From Azolla caroliniana (lineage: Eukaryota > Plantae > Polypodiophyta): DNA of 12,153 bases. The DNA is taken from the NCBI GenBank assembly GCA_043228905.1, contig JBHGNT010001092.1, positions 1-12,153 on the forward strand. The letters run 5' to 3'. The notes beneath the pieces were generated by a model. That model ran no database searches, had not been told where the DNA came from, and saw only the letters and a list, made by a program, of their open reading frames with translations. Position numbers and translations under genes: made by a program. Shown piece after piece: positions 8,591-12,153 of this stretch. How positions within the stretch are numbered: the first letter of the stretch is position 1; each line of letters opens with the position of its first letter.

Positions 8591-10111
8591 TGGGCACTCT
8601 AATCAATTGGTTTAATTAATCTATTTTGACACCAACTTGGGCGTTGTCTTAGTTTCAAGTCTCAACGGTATTCCCTTGGATAGAATGTCAAAGATGATTT
8701 TTCAATGTTGACACCCACCAATTATTCTTGTTTAATCATCTTTATGGGCATTTTATAAATATAATTCTAGTGCTCGTGTACTCACCGTTTTTGCACTATT
8801 TTTGCTCTAAATCATGTTATTATTAAAGTATGCTATGAAGATAACCCTCACATATGTCATGATTTTTTCGACAATGTTCATAACTCACATGTGATTAATC
8901 CTAGAGAGAAGATAGAACTTATCTAACTTTCTTGGAAAATTTGAAGTTCAAATAGTGTAGGTTGACCCAAACCTCAAAATAGGGCATTATCATGTTAGCA
9001 TCAATGTTGACTAAAGTTGTAACAACTATCTTGACAATGGGAGGCGGAGGGAAACCAACTTTGGTTGCATTGCACGACTGTCATGTTATTGACTCATATT
9101 TGTTTTTTGGTTCATTTAAGTGTTGTTTTGTCTAGGTTTGAGAAGGGTGTATGGGAGACACTGGATGTTGGGCTTGTTGGTATTGTTGGTATTTGTGCAT
9201 AGAATTATCTAATAGTAATAAAACACGGTATGATTGCCTCCTCTTCATTGCAACACTTAATACCTATATGATACATCCCATCTCACCATATACCGCATGC
9301 AAACCCGATGCATAACATAATCGCGGTAACTGAGGAACAAGTGCAAAATAAGCTCGATTGGTTGGGTATTAAGATTTACTACTCAATTCTATAGATATTG
9401 CATAATCAACTACCAAGTTTGGTCCGTTAGGTCATGTTTAACCTACGAGGATGAAAATAAAATCTACTTCTCTCTCACAAAAGAGAGGATATATTGAAAC
9501 ACCACAATACAAAACAAAACTCTAGATGTTATTACAACAATGAACATCTTATTTGTGTTGTAAGACTAGTGGAAAACAAAGGCAACTTGTGTGATGACTA
9601 GGTGCTCCTAGAGCTCAATTGTGAGGATAGCTAAATCATATACCCTTCTAGCCACACAAATCCATCACAACACAACATAGTTTCTCATGCTTTTCTGATG
9701 CTGACGAAGTTACCATAGATGTGGGTTGCGAGAAGCTACTGAATCGTTGTGTTTTTCTGGCTAGTGTATGAACCTATTGCCATTGGTGGGACTCCATTTT
9801 CCATGGAGGCAGGGCAGGACATTCAGAGGAGAAGAGAACCCATTTTCTCATACACTAATACCCTGAGGTGGCCGAGACGCGAGTTGATATGATGGCAGAG
9901 GGTAAAGCTCTTTGTGTGGTGACCAAGGGGGGTCCGACCCGAGCCTGGAAGAGGGGGGCGGCCAATAAGGCTATAAGAGATTTTAGCGGTTGGTCAGTTA
10001 GAACTTAGAATGTAACTAATGCTATATAGATTGCCTCTCGAAATTCTCTGTGTTAGCTCTTTAGGGGTAGTGCGCTAAATTTGGAGTGGTGGTCAGGGGT
10101 ATTTGTGGAAT

Positions 10112-10200
10112 TATATAAAACCAAACCCGCCCCCATCTCGCTCTCTCTCGCTCTCTCTCTGGCTTCTTTGCATTTGAGCTTCTCTCTCCATCTTCCATTT
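10112..10200 (+). promoter_or_regulatory. PRMT3 core promoter: TATA box plus pyrimidine/CT-rich (Y-patch) 5' UTR region
   Basis: TATATAAAA at 10112-10120, about 100 bp upstream of the ATG, followed by a (CT)n-rich tract from ~10137. This is typical plant core-promoter layout. The TSS is not directly observable. Confidence 0.6.
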
Positions 10201-10202
10201 TC

Positions 10203-10210
10203 TAGGGTTT
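10203..10210 (-). promoter_or_regulatory. Telo-box (AAACCCTA on the minus strand)
   Basis: TAGGGTTT at 10203-10210, ending 5 bp before the PRMT3 ATG. Telo-boxes are established elements of plant translation and ribosome-biogenesis genes. Confidence 0.55.
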
Positions 10211-10215
10211 TGGCG

Positions 10216-10536
10216 ATGGCGTCTGCATCAGAGCTACCTCCCCCTCCACCCGCGTTACTGAGCGATGGAGAATCAGAATTAGAAGAATCAGAAATTACCG
10301 AAGATGAAGAAGGGGACGAAGAAGAAGAAGAAGAAGAGGAGGAGGAGGAGGAGGAGGAGGAGGAGGAGGAGGATGAAGAAGTTCTTTGCCTTTTCTGCAC
10401 GTCTCGTTTCGCTTCCCCTTCTTCTGTTCTCCACCATTGCTCTGTTGACCATGGGTTTGATCTCGCTCGCCTCAGAGAACGGCTTGGGTTGGATTTCTAC
10501 GATTGCATGCGCCTTATCAACTATATTCGATCTCAG
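10216..10536 (+). CDS. PRMT3: Protein arginine N-methyltransferase 3-like, exon 1 (acidic tract + C2H2 zinc finger)
   Basis: ATG at 10216 in good context (gcgATGG), downstream of a TATA box. Encodes MASASEL..., an E-rich tract, and C-x2-C-x12-H-x4-H (CLFC...HCSVDH, 10387-10452) followed by LDFYDCMRLINYIRSQ, typical of the PRMT3 N-terminus. Ends at donor CAG|GTATGC; 321 nt, phase 0. Confidence 0.9.
10318..10371 (+). repeat. Coding trinucleotide repeat (GAA)6(GAG)12 encoding poly-Glu18
   Basis: Counted directly in PRMT3 exon 1. Confidence 0.95.
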
Positions 10537-11280
10537 GTATGCGTATTTTTGTTCTTCTCTTCCATCTCTCTTGAAGATTTCTCTGTTGTTTTTAAAGTTG
10601 ACTATAATGCTTGAACAGAAAGCAAAAATCTCTGCAAAAAAGAACTAAATTTTATAAATTTTGAGAGAGAGACTATTTGCTCTTTGTTAATCAAGTTGTA
10701 TCCGTAAGTTAGGATGTGAAACAAGCAAACATTAGTATTTTCTGTCTTTGTCTAGTGACATACCCCGAGAAATGTTAATTATTTCTGTAAAGAAGTTCAT
10801 CCTCCATATTTATAGATCAAATCCTGTTTAATTCTTCATTAAACAAACACCAGAATTTTGTGATTAATGTCAATGCCTTGTGGAAAGATCTCACAATATT
10901 TCTCTTTCGATTCTGAGGAGAATTTTGATTGGGGAATTTTTTCCCCTTACACTAGTTGGCCTTGCTTTCAAATTTTGATCTCATGGAATAGGAAGTTATG
11001 AGAATGTGGTAAGGGCTATAGGTCTTTAGCAGAGATTATATGTATATTTAATATAATGCTTCTTTATTCCCTTTTAAACGCTAGTTCAAAAATTCTTTGC
11101 AGTGAACGAGGACACCAGGTTTCTGAATGACAGATCTGTCGTTCTTCTTGTGATTGATTTGGGATAATAATAAAATAGATTTGAGGGTCTTTTAGTGTCA
11201 AATTTATTGATACATAAAATAGATTATTATGTTTGGAAGTACTCATTTGCATGGCTTACGATAACGTTCACTGGTTTTAG
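10537..11280 (+). other. PRMT3 intron 1 (GT-AG, 744 nt)
   Basis: GTATGC...ttttAG boundaries, AT-rich; removal joins conserved protein segments in frame. Confidence 0.85.
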
Positions 11281-11859
11281 GTTGCATTGGATGCTTCATG
11301 GACTTGCGGAGGTATATTAGAGTGTGAAGCTTCTCATCACACGAATGAGAAATGCTCTTTGGTGAAGTACCCTTGGCAAGATGATAAATATTTAACTCCT
11401 TTTCTGGAGAATGATCCATTGCTTTACGGTTTTGAGGTAGAGATGGAGGATGAGACCGAGGAGAAATTGTACTCAAATAAAGAGATTGTGGCTATGCTGG
11501 ACAGCAAGGAAGTCGAAAGTTTTATGTCAATGGCAAGTCCTGAAAATAGTATAAATGATATTGTTGGATGTGTTAAGGATGAAATGAAAGGTTTAGCCAT
11601 TGATAACTTGCGTAGAATTGATATTATTACAAAGACAAGCAATGGTTCATCTACATCTTTGGATAATCATGTAAATTTTGAGGCAACGCATCTTTCCTCC
11701 CTGAAAGTAGATGATGTTATGGTCACAAAGAAAATGCAGAAGGAGAACCGGAAAGTCTCTTTTGCACAAGTTGCTGCAAAAGAGAGATACAGCATTAATC
11801 AGACTTATTTCGGTTCTTACAGTACATTTGGCATCCACAGGGAAATGCTTAGTGACAAG
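11281..11859 (+). CDS. PRMT3: PRMT3-like exon 2
   Basis: Acceptor ttttAG|GTT joins in frame to give ...IRSQ|VALDASWTCG. Contains the PRMT3-type motif PWQDDKYLTPFLENDPLL and the type I PRMT motif YFGSYSTFGIHREMLSDK. Ends at donor AAG|GTATGT; 579 nt, phase 0. Confidence 0.9.
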
Positions 11860-11938
11860 GTATGTCCATGTTAACTGAAGATGATGACATAAAGGTCTAG
11901 ATTTATGATTAATGTATTGGTTATTTTTATCTTGACAG
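11860..11938 (+). other. PRMT3 intron 2 (GT-AG, 79 nt)
   Basis: GTATGT...gacAG; removal gives the continuous PRMT motif EMLSDK|IRTDAY. Confidence 0.9.
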
Positions 11939-12036
11939 ATTCGGACCGATGCTTATGAACATGCTATTGTGAGGAATCCATCATTGTTTGAAGATGCAAT
12001 TGTCATGGATTTAGGATGTGGAACTGGCATATTAAG
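11939..12036 (+). CDS. PRMT3: PRMT3-like exon 3 (SAM-binding motif I); gene continues beyond window
   Basis: Not in the ORF track. Acceptor ttttatcttgacAG|ATT; translates as IRTDAYEHAIVRNPSLFEDAIVMDLGCGTGIL, containing methyltransferase motif I (DLGCGTG). Donor AG|GTATAC at 12037, phase 2. Confidence 0.9.
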
Positions 12037-12153
12037 GTATACAATCTGTTCTGGCCTTAACTAATCAAGGAAAAATCCCGAGATAGCCTTGGATTTTGTC
12101 AAATGCCTCAGAGTTTTTTTTTGTTATTTTCCTAATGCTTGTAGTAACTCCAT

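Noticed and set aside
8630-9070. Possible second MITE bounded by CCAAC(T)TTGG motifs
   Set aside because: No convincing TIR pair or TSD could be defined.
10053-10648. Poly-Ser (minus strand) and poly-Lys/Arg (alternative frame) ORFs, and the track's start at 10081
   Set aside because: Shadow frames of the poly-Glu repeat. The 10081 start is a TTG upstream of the TATA box; the plausible start is ATG 10216.

Overview
Eukaryotic land-plant nuclear DNA, probably a fern (inferred from a characteristic PPR L-motif insertion, not confirmed). It has two + strand genes. The first is a PLS-class pentatricopeptide repeat (PPR) gene with E1/E2 but no DYW domain (3749-5719), a candidate organellar RNA-editing specificity factor. 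The second is the 5' part of a spliced PRMT3-like protein arginine methyltransferase gene (exons 10216-10536, 11281-11859, 11939-12036), which continues past the window. Intergenic DNA holds a ~105-107 bp tandem array (~6.7 copies) inside a CpG-rich, possibly LTR-derived block. It also holds a ~257 bp compound (CA)/(TACA) microsatellite just upstream of the PPR gene, a 254 bp hAT-type MITE with a perfect 8 bp target-site duplication, and a probable decayed LINE ORF1 fragment. I see no prokaryotic-type system (no CRISPR or operon) and no clearly novel system. The best leads are the MITE, the tri-frame start-codon cluster and cryptic splice signals at the PPR 5' end, and a PPR-code target prediction.
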